Part shown: piece after piece, positions 1 to 11,600 of the stretch | Position numbering within the stretch: position 1 is the stretch's first letter | How the letters are laid out: each line of letters opens with the position of its first letter | Origin: Nemertoderma westbladi | Lineage: Eukaryota; Animalia; Xenacoelomorpha | DNA length: 32,002 bases | Direction: 5' to 3' | NCBI GenBank assembly: GCA_032718475.1 | Contig: JAUCBJ010008664.1 | Coordinates: forward strand, 1-32,002 | Notes under the pieces: model-generated | What the model was told of the DNA's origin: nothing | Database searches by the model: none | Seen by the model: only the letters and a program-made list of their open reading frames with translations | Made by a program: the position numbers and the translations under genes

Positions 1-1
1 C

Positions 2-3000
2 CGCGGTATTTATTAGATAACAGGATTCATTGGCGTCGGAGAATTCGTCAGTATAGAATCCTTCCATCTCAGACTCTTGATCAGTGTCATTTACGTCACT
101 AAATTGGACATGTAGTTCGGGCTCACTTACCTGACTCTGTTTGTCTCGTTCAAACTCACTGTGTAACAAGATGTGATGTTTCGCGCCACACTTTGCACAC
201 TTTATGTCTGAGTAACAGGTTCGCCGTTGGTGTCCTGGTCTGAGGCAATTATAGCATAACCGCTTGTCCCACACAACTGTACGTCTGTCTACAAGGGATT
301 TCTTTAGAAATTCAGCACACGCACTCAAACGGTGTGTCCCGTCGCACAGCGCACAGTTAGGTTTTATGTTACTTACCTTACCTTGGGTAACTTGATGCAC
401 TCTCGTTTTTTCTTCGGGTTTTCTTCGGTGCATTCTGTTAGGAGACTGAGGAGGGGTCTTGGCAACCTGTTCTCTCCTATCGTTGTTTCGAGCCTTATAT
501 TTACTTACATCTTTTGAGGTTTTGTCAACATAGTAAGATCGGTCTGTGTCTTTCCCGCTGTCCTCTTCTTGGGAAGCTTGGCTTTCGCCGTCGTCAGTGT
601 AACACACCGGTGTTACTCTTCTCCTAGAAGTGGGTTTCTCACTTACCTTATTTTCCGATGTTTTCTCTCTGGACTGCTTGATGAGTTGTAGTTTGACTTC
701 ACCATCTAAGAAAGACATGAGGTCAGCCATGGTAGGACTTCGTCGTTGTTGTTCATTCATGTACAACACTTTCTTGTCCCAGCGTGTACATACTCCACCC
801 TTTGGTAAAGTAGAGACTACGGCTCCAATAACCATGGAACTCTGATATTCATGCGACTTACCTAACCAGTCCAGTTGTCTACAGATCTCTTGAATTTCAT
901 CGGAAAACTCTATAATCCCACTACTAAGGAAGTGTCGGGGGGCTACTAATTTTGCATACAAATACTTAGCTATGTTATCCTTGTTACCATACCTGATGTT
1001 TAATGTATCCCAAACTTGTCTTAATCCTTCTGGATGTCCAATAAACTTTAACGCCATTAACTTGGGAGGTCCTTCCAAGCACTTCATGAGGAATCTAAGT
1101 TTCTCTCCGTTAGATAGTACAGAGTTCTGTATGCTATCTTTGTAATATTCGTTGAAAGGTAACCATTTCATCTCATCTCCATTGAATTTGACGATCTCTC
1201 CCACTTTGACCGCTTGACGGGCTTCTGTTCTAGCCATCTGACGCGTAAAGCTTTCTTGGGCCATCGTGTTATTTAATATCGAATTATCGGTATATAAATT
1301 TCTCGGATCATTATCAGGTCTATAGGGAATATCATTAATAACAGGTCTATAATCACCCTTAATAGGGTTTGCTATAGGAGTTTCAACTTCACTAGCAGTA
1401 TAGATGCGTGTAGGCTCCACACCTTGCGCATGTAATACTTCAGACCTAACAGGTTGACACAATGTTACAGGGGGTATTGGTATGCCTCTTTGTATATTGA
1501 CTAATTTGTCGCGTTCTAGCGCGATACTTTGCTGCACTTCTTGCAACTCTGCTCTACCTTCCCTCACTGTTCCCTTAAGTTGGTGGACAGTCTCCTGCAT
1601 CTGTCCTAGCAGGAGATTCATCCCCCGCCGTCCCTCTTCCACCCACTCAACCGCCGAAGCGGGAGTCGCCAACATAGTAGCGGGCTGACGCGGGACGACG
1701 GGAGACAAATTTTTGATTTCTCTCTCTGCTATCTGGACAGGGATATTCTCTTGGACTGCTCCACCGGGTACAGGCAATGTAGTACTATGTAAAGGGAATT
1801 TAGAGTTAAGCTCTGGAAGTACAGGGGTCTCTAACACAGAAGTGACTTTGGGAACGACAGGCCTAATTATCTCAGGCTCATCAACTATTGTAGAGAGTCT
1901 TTGGACCTTAATACTTTGGGCTGTAGGTTCTATACTACTCAAGTCTGTGCTAGCTAGCTGTCTTCTAACAGCTGGGGGCAAATCAGGCAATTTGCGACGG
2001 TAAGATGTTTTTCTACGCCTACTTAGATGAGATCTATTTCCTCCGCCTTCAGGATCGGTAGTCTCGCCTTCCTCCGAGGACGTGTATCCCTGGCGCTTGG
2101 GAGTAGATTTTCTCATCATCTGCATTTGATTAGCAGTAAACTGTTTATTTATACTGTCTTGTGTCTCTTGCAGATTTTCCAACTCCAGTTGGGTAGTCTG
2201 CTCAGAGGCTCTCCGTTCTGCTTCTGCCACTGCCTTTGCTGCTTTTCTTTCTGCTTCTGCATCTGCCGCCGCTGCCTTTCTTTCTGCTTCTGCATCTGCC
2301 GCCGCTGCCTTTCTTTCTACTTCTGCTTCTGCCATAGCCGCCGCCTTTTGTTCCTCTATCCTTCTTTTCTTTATTTGTTCTTCTCGGACTCTAGTGAGGC
2401 GGAGTTTTTCATCACATTCAGCTTGGTTTGCAGCTAACATTTCGGCATCGATTGAGTCCAACACAAGCTTGGTTCCTTCACTATTAGGGGAAAGTCCAGA
2501 CAGCCGTCTCCTCAACTCTTCGTCTCCTAGGAATCGCTGATAGTCGGACAAATAAATGTCGATAGCGTCTCTAGTTCGCGGTTTCTCGGCGGTCTCTTCG
2601 CTTTCCGCTTGAGAAAGGGTGACATTAGTTGGTTCTTCATAGGTTGATCTCTCAGCCAGCTGGGATTTCCACTGGGCCGTTTCCTGTACTTTGAGATCTA
2701 CCCGATGTAACCAAGTTTTGACAGCAACCTGCAGCGACGTGTCCTGTCTTCTTTTGGAAGTTTCCTCAAAGGCTGAGAGGATTAGTCGAATGCGTAGGGT
2801 TCTTTCGCGTACTTGGTATAGCAGCTCTTCCTGCTCTTGAGGTCCTTGAGGTTGTCGAAACAGTTGTTCTTCCAATCGCTCCAAGGAGCCGAAGAATCCC
2901 TGCACATATCCTGATGCCGACCTCTTCCAAACAGCTGGATCCATTGTATCTTTTGCCACTCCCATCCTGTGTATATCTTCCCAAGTAGCCTCGGACAGGT

Positions 3001-3517
3001 CCAACGGGAGTCCGAGTCCGGGAAAGTTCCATTGTGACTCGACAATAGAAATTAATTCTTCCCTGGCGTATCCCGCATAATTATCTTGGGTCGCTCGCTT
3101 ATTCCTCGCCCAGTCGGCTTGATGTTCTTCCACCGCAATGAATATAGTAGTTAGCACTGCAGCAGGAAGGGTAAGAAGGGGGTCCGAGTAGACTGTTACA
3201 GCCATCTGCACTCCGCGTTCGGGGGTCAGCTCTACAGTATCCGAACTGCTGGAGCTATCGGGTCGCTGGGAAGTAGGTTCTTGACCAAGATGTTGCTGCG
3301 ATGGGACAACTGCCTCTTGGTTCCGTTTGACCTGTGCCCGAGTGCCTATGATGGACCTATGGTGGATTAGCCTAGGGTCTGATACTACTGGAGGGATGAC
3401 CTTTTTTGCAGTAGGAGGTGAGCTGAACTCCTTTCTTAATCGCTCCACACTCCTATCTGAGTCACAGATAGTTGTATCGATCAGACTGTCTGACAGGTTT
3501 TGCTGAGTGTCAGACAT
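2..3517 (-). CDS. gag: Bel/Pao LTR retrotransposon gag (N-terminal part of gag-pol), open through the left window edge
   Basis: I translated the minus frame by hand: ATG at 3517 (in-frame TAG just upstream), no stop down to position 2 (at least 1172 codons). It contains an Ala/Glu/Lys coiled coil (AEAERKAAADAEAERKAAAD, ~2220-2340), a DUF1759-like capsid segment (VKFNGDEMKWLPFNEYY...EKLRFLMKCLEGPPK...WDTLNIRYG, ~980-1200) and the Bel/Pao triple zinc knuckle CALCDGTHRLSAC / CYNCLRPGHQRRTC / CAKCGAKHHILLH (~160-355). It is absent from the ORF track because it has no stop in the window. Confidence 0.93.
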   Translation of the reverse strand, partial: MSDTQQNLSDSLIDTTICDSDRSVERLRKEFSSPPTAKKVIPPVVSDPRLIHHRSIIGTRAQVKRNQEAVVPSQQHLGQEPTSQRPDSSSSSDTVELTPERGVQMAVTVYSDPLLTLPAAVLTTIFIAVEEHQADWARNKRATQDNYAGYAREELISIVESQWNFPGLGLPLDLSEATWEDIHRMGVAKDTMDPAVWKRSASGYVQGFFGSLERLEEQLFRQPQGPQEQEELLYQVRERTLRIRLILSAFEETSKRRQDTSLQVAVKTWLHRVDLKVQETAQWKSQLAERSTYEEPTNVTLSQAESEETAEKPRTRDAIDIYLSDYQRFLGDEELRRRLSGLSPNSEGTKLVLDSIDAEMLAANQAECDEKLRLTRVREEQIKKRRIEEQKAAAMAEAEVERKAAAADAEAERKAAAADAEAERKAAKAVAEAERRASEQTTQLELENLQETQDSINKQFTANQMQMMRKSTPKRQGYTSSEEGETTDPEGGGNRSHLSRRRKTSYRRKLPDLPPAVRRQLASTDLSSIEPTAQSIKVQRLSTIVDEPEIIRPVVPKVTSVLETPVLPELNSKFPLHSTTLPVPGGAVQENIPVQIAEREIKNLSPVVPRQPATMLATPASAVEWVEEGRRGMNLLLGQMQETVHQLKGTVREGRAELQEVQQSIALERDKLVNIQRGIPIPPVTLCQPVRSEVLHAQGVEPTRIYTASEVETPIANPIKGDYRPVINDIPYRPDNDPRNLYTDNSILNNTMAQESFTRQMARTEARQAVKVGEIVKFNGDEMKWLPFNEYYKDSIQNSVLSNGEKLRFLMKCLEGPPKLMALKFIGHPEGLRQVWDTLNIRYGNKDNIAKYLYAKLVAPRHFLSSGIIEFSDEIQEICRQLDWLGKSHEYQSSMVIGAVVSTLPKGGVCTRWDKKVLYMNEQQRRSPTMADLMSFLDGEVKLQLIKQSREKTSENKVSEKPTSRRRVTPVCYTDDGESQASQEEDSGKDTDRSYYVDKTSKDVSKYKARNNDRREQVAKTPPQSPNRMHRRKPEEKTRVHQVTQGKVSNIKPNCALCDGTHRLSACAEFLKKSLVDRRTVVWDKRLCYNCLRPGHQRRTCYSDIKCAKCGAKHHILLHSEFERDKQSQVSEPELHVQFSDVNDTDQESEMEGFYTDEFSDANESCYLINTA

Positions 3518-3629
3518 GTTTAGCTATACAGTTGAATGTCTACTACTATAGTTTCAGTTAAAGCAAGTCTGGTAATTCAGTATGACCGCAAGCCTAGCGA
3601 TTTATTACCGATACCGTCACTCAGTGTAA

Positions 3630-3903
3630 CGTGATATATATACAATATATTAGAATACCGGTATGCTTATAATATATATATAAGTATTATTACAGACTAG
3701 ATTTGTCACAGAGTACCGGTATGTAATTTTAGCACAAATATATATAAATATATAATAGGCCTATAGTGAATACCGGTATACAGCTTACACTTATAGTATA
3801 TATAAGTATAATTATGAACTAGAATTAATTACAGAATACCGGTATGGTTTCAGCTCAAATTTATAGAAATAAATATAATAAGCCTATGGTAAATACCGGT
3901 ATG
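3630..3903. repeat. Degenerate AT-rich tandem repeat (~60-bp monomer, ~120-bp dimer) anchored on TACCGGTA
   Basis: TACCGGTA occurs at 3656, 3714, 3771, 3837 and 3894 (spacings 58, 57, 66, 57). Alternate units share TATATATAAGTA..ACTAGA and AAATA..TAATA.GCCTAT. Confidence 0.8.
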
Positions 3904-4869
3904 TCAATTATTTTTAGAATAATTGAATTTCTGAATATTTTAGGGTTACTTGGTTACTTTAACTTACTTTATTACCGTTATTTAAGCAGTAGTCCAACTG
4001 ATATTGAGACCTAGTTGTTATATGGCAGGCCTACTATTTATAAATCGTTTGAGTGGATTTATAATAGATATATACCCGTTTAAAAGGGTTTTTGTCAATA
4101 TTTGAAATAAATGTTATTATTTCTGGGGAAGTCACTACACCGAAGCTGTGCGCTCTCAGTGAAGTGCTATTTATTTGACACTAAAACTGATAATTCTAAT
4201 TTACCTAAGTTACTTAATACTACAAATTACTTACGATACGGGTGAGATTAAATCTCTAATTAAACACAACAAAAATATTACGTACGAAATTTTTAGGGTA
4301 ATTTTACAGGAAGTCTACAAACCAGCCTAACAAAGGGTTAGAATTCTGGTTATTACAACTGACAGGGTACTACGGTATTTGAAATAATAAGTAGTAGTAA
4401 ATATATTGCACTGTCCAGATAGGAAAATACCACCGCCTGACGACCTATAACCGTATCGCTATAGGTACTACGTTATGTATCACGGATTGTTCCTACCCAG
4501 AAGTTAATAGAGCTAACGAATGTGCCTATCAACCACTTTACAACACAAATATACTGCCTACACACTAATTACTTCGGAAAGCACTGTACACTAAACCCTA
4601 AATTAGGTACAAGTACCGGTATAACAAATAATCAGTAGTTAAATATACTTGAACAGTTAAAAGAACCACGGCATCTGCTGGAGTGACCAGGGCACAATGT
4701 CACCAGTCTTGTCCTACGCCAAGCAGCCCGTGTAGTACCGGGGTTAATTTAACTATAACGGTATGTATAACAAGCACAATTACTGTAGGAATAAACTTGG
4801 GGACATGAATGTTGCGAATAATCGCATAAACTCTGAATAATAAATATTACGCTACCCGTACAGAATACT

Positions 4870-5408
4870 CAAACAAAATACAAACCAAACGCTGGCAGAC
4901 TACTATCAAGCCTAAATAAACTACCGTACGTGTAGATTCTGAAATGGTTAGTTAGTATGCGTTCTAACACGGTAGTACGACGACTTATTCTTTAAGAGGG
5001 GATTGACCTTACAGCATATGGCTGCCCCAACTTACTAACAGCACTTTATCAGACCAACTCCACACACACAGCAATCTCTTCAGACCTAATAATAGCTAGA
5101 CAACAATCCAGCCTACAAAATATCTGAGTAATAACTATTACGGTACCTGAACAGACTACACAAACAAACACAAGCCAAAAATGCTGGCAAACCACGATCA
5201 AGCCTAAATAAACTACAGTATATGCAGATTCTGAAACAGTTAGTTAGTATGCGTTCTAACACGGTAGTACGACTTATTCTTTAAGAGGGGATTGACCTTA
5301 CAGCATATGGCTGCCCCAACTTACTAACGGCACTTTATCAGACAAACTCTACACACGCCGTAATCTCTCCAAACCCAACAACAGTCAGACAGCAGCTCAG
5401 CCTACAAT
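4870..5408. repeat. Direct tandem duplication (~290-bp period) in the Bel/Pao A leader
   Basis: GCTGGCA...ATCAAGCCTAAATAAACTA...GTTAGTTAGTATGCGTTCTAACACGGTAGTACGAC...TTATTCTTTAAGAGGGGATTGACCTTACAGCATATGGCTGCCCCAACTTACTAAC...CAGCCTACAA is present twice, starting near 4891 and 5183. Confidence 0.92.
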
Positions 5409-5805
5409 TATTTGTACAATCTGAGCAGGGTCACACGCCTTCTGCTCAATATTAGCCTACTAGTAAATAAAACCGACAGAAATAAGTAGAATCTCAAATA
5501 AAAAATCAGGGCGGCCGTTCCCTGATTAAGTACCAAGACCTACCGGTATACAATAATCAAAATCGAATAACACTAATGTACTTATACAGCAGTACCGGTT
5601 AGGACAGTTGGGCCTACAGACCTACAGAAGTACCGGTTCTGGTATCTTGCAACCTTATTGCCTACTGCAATAAGATTATAAACTGTTATTGTTCGTACCA
5701 GAACAATATTAAACTGTATTTAATGCCTACACTGCAATACCGATATAAACTGTTATTGTTCGCGCTTTTGAAGACCTTTAGCAGTTTAACCTGCCAAAAT
5801 TTATA

Positions 5806-7263
5806 TGTCTTTTAGTTAATTAAAACACCTTTAGCATACGACAATATTTTATGCTAATAAACAAAACATTACCCGAAGTCAGCCCATGCGCGATCATTCA
5901 CCCGATGGATCTACACCCGGGAGGCTGAATTCGGCTGCTTAAATTTTATTATTGCAGTGTAAGGTTGCAGTGTAAACTTACTGTATTATTCGATTGATCG
6001 TTATTAATTAATTTCTGACAGATATTATTGGCTTTCGGGAAATATTAACAGTTCCTTTAGGACGTGGCGCCTCTATTTAAACAGAACTAGGACTTATACT
6101 AAACGCAACGATACTGCTTATGATTAAAGTATAAGGCGCATTCTTTAGGAAATGCTTTGTTACCAATCACAATCATACACACTATTCTGCCGACCGTCAG
6201 TAAATTTGATCACACATAAAGAGAGCAGCAATTGACTCATGTAGGGTCTGCTAAATAACATTAGATTCAATACACACCACAGTAATATAAATCGCAATTG
6301 TTATATATAGCCTGTCTCTCTAACCTGTAGTGTATCAAGAAAATTGGGAAATTTGGGTGATTTATCAGTATTCTCCAAAGAGCAATATTTCCATCAACAA
6401 ATAGATACAATTAATAACTGACGGTAAATAACAGTACAAACAATATGATTAATAGTGAGTTAATTAGATCAGATAAGATTGATTGATTAGTTGATTAGAT
6501 AACAGTTTATACTTTCGATAATTTAAGCAGTTTTACTAGAGTTCTTCCCAAAAAGCCGGTGTTATGGCGAAAATGGGAACACAACAACAGAATCATATAA
6601 AATCATATGACTACTTGACTATACGAGGATACCAACCACCTTTATTCCCCGAAGCTCCCGTCCAACACAGAGGATGAGCAGTGAGATAGGAAATTCAGTT
6701 CAGTAGCTCTGGGATAGGTCGAAATCAACGCCCACTCAAATTCTATTGGCCGACACGGACAGCAGGGCTTAGGCAACCTCCCTAGGCTGGTTGGCCGATT
6801 AAACTGAGCCCAGATACCTCCGTACAGCACATCAGCCAATAAGCTGGTAGCTTGCACTATTTTACCTATAGCTCCCTTTTAGAGTATTCTAGCGACCGGG
6901 GGGGAACTGGCCAGCAAAGGCAAACGTATCAGTTATCCCACAAAAGCTTTTACACTAACATTGCTAAGTACAAGTGACTTATTTAGTTTATTGAGATCAT
7001 ATGAACCACATAAATTAGCAATACGCAGAAGGTTAGCACCACTAAGAGAAGCACAGTTAAATAAAGCAATAGCTGACAGAAACCGCACGCAAGGCTTGCT
7101 AGATATTAGCTATATTGTAAAACGACCACAATATTGCGAACATAGTAATAACAATAGCTACTAAGAGAGGGCTCAGCGATTCTTACAGTTTGAGTATCAA
7201 AATTGAATTAGAGTAGTATAGATAAAGAAAAGGAAACAATACAATGGAGCTCCTACTGTAACA
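5806..7263 (-). repeat. Candidate 5' LTR of Bel/Pao A (unconfirmed)
   Basis: It has TGT...ACA ends and a more GC-rich interior with CCAAT-like boxes (~6745-6840). On the minus strand it is followed by TATAAATTTTGGCAG, a weak PBS-like TGG. No second LTR is present in the window to confirm it. Confidence 0.3.
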
Positions 7264-8458
7264 TATCTTCTACATAAAAATTCATCCCCCTCCAGGGGAA
7301 ATTCGACGCAAATTGCAGCTGATTACTCTTAAAAATAAAGCTGTAACCTGTTCTATTGTGTTTAGTTTATTGTTTTGGTTAAAATAAAGTGTCACTGTAA
7401 CCTGCTCCTTTCCCTAAATTGAGAATTTACCATTGAGGCGGGATATTTATTCGCCAAGATTGGATTTGCGTCCAGTATCCCCCCTGTCTCTCTACTGTAG
7501 AAGAGATTACTACTTACCATATCTACTGCACGAAGCGAAAAAAAATGATAAACAACAGCGTGCGGTCTACCGATTAGTTAGTACATTATAATAGTTAAAG
7601 TAAAGTTTTCTTCGGAAGTTAGGACAGGGATTATGCACAAGCCTGCCGACTTTAGAATACAATATGTAATGGAAAGGCTTGGGCAGCATCCAGGTTATCC
7701 ACGATTTTGATGTCACATAGAATATATAGGAACTTTAAGTTTCAATTTTAGAGCAGCAGTAGAACCAGTACTACTTCCAGTGCAGATAATGATGACTTTA
7801 TTAATTAAGAACGCCACAAAACTATATGAAAAATAGCCAAATTCACGGCAGTTTGAATTCGCTGTCAATGTTCACGCCAACTTTTTCCCATAGATACGTA
7901 TTGAGTTTTTATTGTGAAAAATGTGTACTCTGGTAACTAAATTGGTATGTATGTACTGTAGAAGTGCATAGTACAGTAGGATAATAATTGGATTAAAGCT
8001 TTTTTACACCAAATTTGGATAAATCCCACCAATTAATTGTCCCCTTGAAAAAAGTATCTTATGAATCAGAATTCAGAATTCAAATAGCATCTTTGCTATT
8101 GATATTGAGAATGTGATTTGTAATGCAAGTAAATGACATTATACTGAGTAAGTGCACTCGGTACATTTAGAATTCCTATACAAATATATTTCTTGGCAGC
8201 ATTGTAATATCGAATTGTAATCAATAACTGAACCTACCTACGTGTGTACTGCATGTGCAATACATGCAGTGATGTATCTGCCATTATACAACGAACTGAT
8301 TTCTGATATAAAATGTAAACCTCCATATTAAACATAATGCCTATCTTTGGATATGTGTGAGGAAAATAATAATTATTGATTTGGTAATTTTAAGCAAAAA
8401 AATAAATTGAAATAATTCACATATATTTTATAAAGTTGTAATATACTTAATTACTTAC

Positions 8459-8635
8459 TGTTGCAACTGGTTGTTGCGACTCAATAACAAAGAAGCACTA
8501 CCAATGGTACTGTGTACCCTAGGCCTACCTAAGTCCCAGTGGTTGCTAAGCAAACAAATATACATTTCAACCGTTTTATCTAATAGTATGTTTCGAGTCT
8601 GTGTAGATTGCAGATTGTAATATGTGGCCGCCACA
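8459..8635 (-). repeat. Gypsy 3' LTR (177 bp)
   Basis: TGTTGCAACTGGTTGTTGCGACTCAATAACAAAGAAGCACTAC...TTTTATCTAATAGTATGTTTCGAGTCTGTGTAGATTGCAG..TGTAATATGTGGCCGCCACA aligns to 12612-12727 apart from about 60 extra bp. Confidence 0.93.
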
Positions 8636-8652
8636 TGACCCCCCCCCCCAGA
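8636..8652 (-). promoter_or_regulatory. Polypurine tract of the Gypsy element
   Basis: The minus strand reads CTGGGGGGGGGGGTCA immediately before the TG of the 3' LTR. Confidence 0.85.
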
Positions 8653-8666
8653 CTCGAAATATAGAA

Positions 8667-11600
8667 TTACAGGTAGTTGGGAGGGTGAACATTTCGGCCC
8701 GACCGAGTTTGTACGTGCAGTTTGTTCCAGTTCTGTGTCGGTTTTGTGGGCACCGGCCATGTCCTGGGAAGTTGAGGTTCTGGTGAAGGAACATGAGCAA
8801 TCGGAGGCTGTCCTCTATGGTGAGGCTGTCCGAGGACGACGGGCTCGGAGCAGTCGAGGTGCGCAGGTTTCAATCGGTCCACAGACACAGTTTCAGTGCG
8901 ACCCCCCATGTCGACCTGGAACGTCTTCGGCCCGTGGACGAGGACCTTGTATGGGCCCTCATAGGGACGATCCAGAGGAGTCCGGTGGGCGTCTCGTCGG
9001 ACGAAGACGTAGGTAGCCTCGTGGAGATCATGGGGAACCGATGATGGGGTGCAACCGTGACGCGATGTGGGAACCGGGGCGAACCAGCTGACTCATGGAG
9101 TTGCGGGAGGATCGTGGATGGGGTGTGTGGAGCATTCGGAGCTGATGGCAGGAACTCGCCTGGGACTATGTAAGTGGGGCACCATAGACGAGCTCGGTGG
9201 AGGAGGTTCCCAAGTCGTCCTTGGGGGCAGTGCGGATCCCAAGGAGAACTCACGGCAACTCGTCGACCCAATAGGGGCTGGTGAGGGAGGCGCGGAGGGT
9301 GGCCTTGAGGTGACGGTGGAAACGTTCCACCAGTCCTTTCGCCTGTGGGTGGTAGGCCGTGGTGCGGTGCAGTTGGGTGCCAAGCAACTGGTTTATGGCA
9401 GACCAGAGCTGGGAGGCAAACTGTGAACCGCAGTCGGAGGAGATGTCGGCTGGAACGCCAAACTGGGCAATCCAAATCGCAATGAGGGCGTGGGCGCAGC
9501 TCTATGTTGAAATATCCGCGAGTGGCACCGCTTCCGGCCACCGAGTAAACCAGTCCACCATGGTTAGTAGGTAGTTGAACCCCTGTGATGGTGGCAGAGG
9601 GCTGACGATGTCCACATGGATATGGTCAAAGCGGCGGTGGGGCAACTCGATGGTGCTGAGGGGAGTGCGCAGCGCACGTGGTGATGAATTTTAGAAGTCT
9701 GGCACAGCATACAAGTCTTTGCCCACTCTCCAACTTGTTTCTGCAGGCCATGCCAGATAAACCTGTTGGTGATGATAGTTCTGGTGGTTCGAATGCTGGG
9801 GTGGGACAGTCCGTGTATGGCGTCGAAAACATGGCAGCGCCACGAGATGGGAACTACAGGACGAGGACAGCCGAGGGAGACGTCGAAGAGCAGCGTGGTG
9901 CCGGAGGGACCGATCGGGACATCCTCCAGCTGCAGGCTGGAGATGGCGGTGCGGTAGGCAGGTATTTCGGCATCGACACATTGTGCAGTTGCCATGGCCG
10001 CGTAGTCGAGACAGGGAAGAAGGGCCTGGACTGCACCGAAATGGGTCCTTGAGAGCGCGTCAGCCACACGGTTATCTTTGACTGAGACGTGAGCGATCGC
10101 TGTGGTGAACTTGGAAATATAAGCAAGGTGCCGTTGTTGTCTGGCGGACCATGGGTCGCTGATCTTTGCAAATTAGAATGTAAGGGGCTTGTGATCGGTG
10201 TAGACAGTGAAGCGCGGCCCTCCATAAAATACCAGAAGTTGCGATCCGCGAGGTACAGGGCGAGGTGTTCGCGGTCGAATACACTGTATTTGACTTCCGA
10301 TGGACGGAGTTGGCGGCTAAAGAATGCTAGGGGGCACCACAAGTCGCCAACGAGTTGCTCGAGGACGGCACCTACCACCGTGCCAGAGGTGTCCACGATG
10401 AGTGGCGTGGGGGTGTTGGCGTCAGGGTGGACAAGCATTGTTGCATTGGCAAGGGCCTCCTTGGAGTCCTGGAATGCGCCCGCCATGTCGGAAGTCCAGT
10501 CGAGGATCTTCGGTTTCTCGGCAAGGGCTGCATAGAGAGGCCGCATGGTTGTAGCGGTAGCGGGGACGAACCAGTGGTAAAAGTTTACCATGCCTGGGAA
10601 CTCCTGCAGGACAGGCCCTTAATGGTGGTCGGCTGGGCGAAGTCCCGGATGGCGGCGACCTTGTCGGGAAGCGGGACGTCGCCATCGGCTGAGACGCGGT
10701 GGCCGAGGGGCTGGCACTTCCCCAGGTTAATGACAAGGCCTTTTTGTTGGAGGCGAGTAAACAGCTGTCGGAGGTGATCGCGGTGCTCCTTGGGTGACCT
10801 AATTGCGATGATGATGTCGTCGAGGTATACGAAGACAAAGTCGAGCCCCTGGCACACTGTGTCCATAAGCCGTTGGAAGGCCTGGGCCGCATTCTTCAAC
10901 CTGAACGGCATTCGAAGGAATTCGAACAGGCTGAATGGGGTTATGATGGCTGTCTTGGCGATGTTGGCCTTGTGAACAGGGATCTGGTGGTAGCCACACA
11001 CCAGATCGATCTTGGAAAAGATCTTGGCCCCAGCCAGTCGGGAGGAGAAGACCTGGATGTGAGGGATGGGGTACCGGTCCGGGGTTGTGGCATCGTTGAG
11101 GCGCCTGTAGTCGCCACATGGCTGTCTACCACCCGAGGGTTTAAGAGCCATGTGAAGGGGCGACGACCAGGGGCTGTTGGACCAACGGATGATACCCATG
11201 TCTTCCATCCTCCGGAACTCCTCTCGCGCAATCTCGAGTTTGTCCAGCAATAGGCGACGGGAGCAGGCATGCACAGGAGGTCCCTGGGTGGGGATGTAGT
11301 GCTCCACGCCGTGTTTTCCTGTGGGGTCGGAGAACCGCGGCACCATAATGTCGGGGAACTCGGCGAGTAACCGGGCAAAATCGTCATCAGAGGTGGTGAC
11401 TGAACCGAGGTGGAGGGCGTGACCAGTGGTTCATCCACACTGGATCGAGGTCAGCGTCTCGGTGTCGACCAGTCGGTGACCTCTCAGGTCGACCAACAAG
11501 TTGTTGGCTCGGAGGAAGTCAGCTCCAAGGAGAGGCTGGGTGATGTCGGCGGTGGTGAACTCCCATTCAAACTCCCGAGTTTGTCTGCAGCAAAACAGTG

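Larger units (their letters stand above)
1..7263 (-). mobile_element. Bel/Pao LTR retrotransposon A, 5' portion (gag, long 5' leader, putative 5' LTR); right boundary uncertain
   Basis: Intact Bel/Pao gag plus about 2.3 kb of upstream non-coding sequence containing internal duplications. The outer boundary is inferred only from a TGTTACAG-like terminus on the minus strand at 7263. Confidence 0.6.

Noticed and set aside
2027-2437. Cys-rich plus-strand ORF (CFCICRRC repeats) resembling a metallothionein
   Set aside because: It is the reverse complement of the AEAERKAAAD coiled-coil repeat in the Bel/Pao gag.
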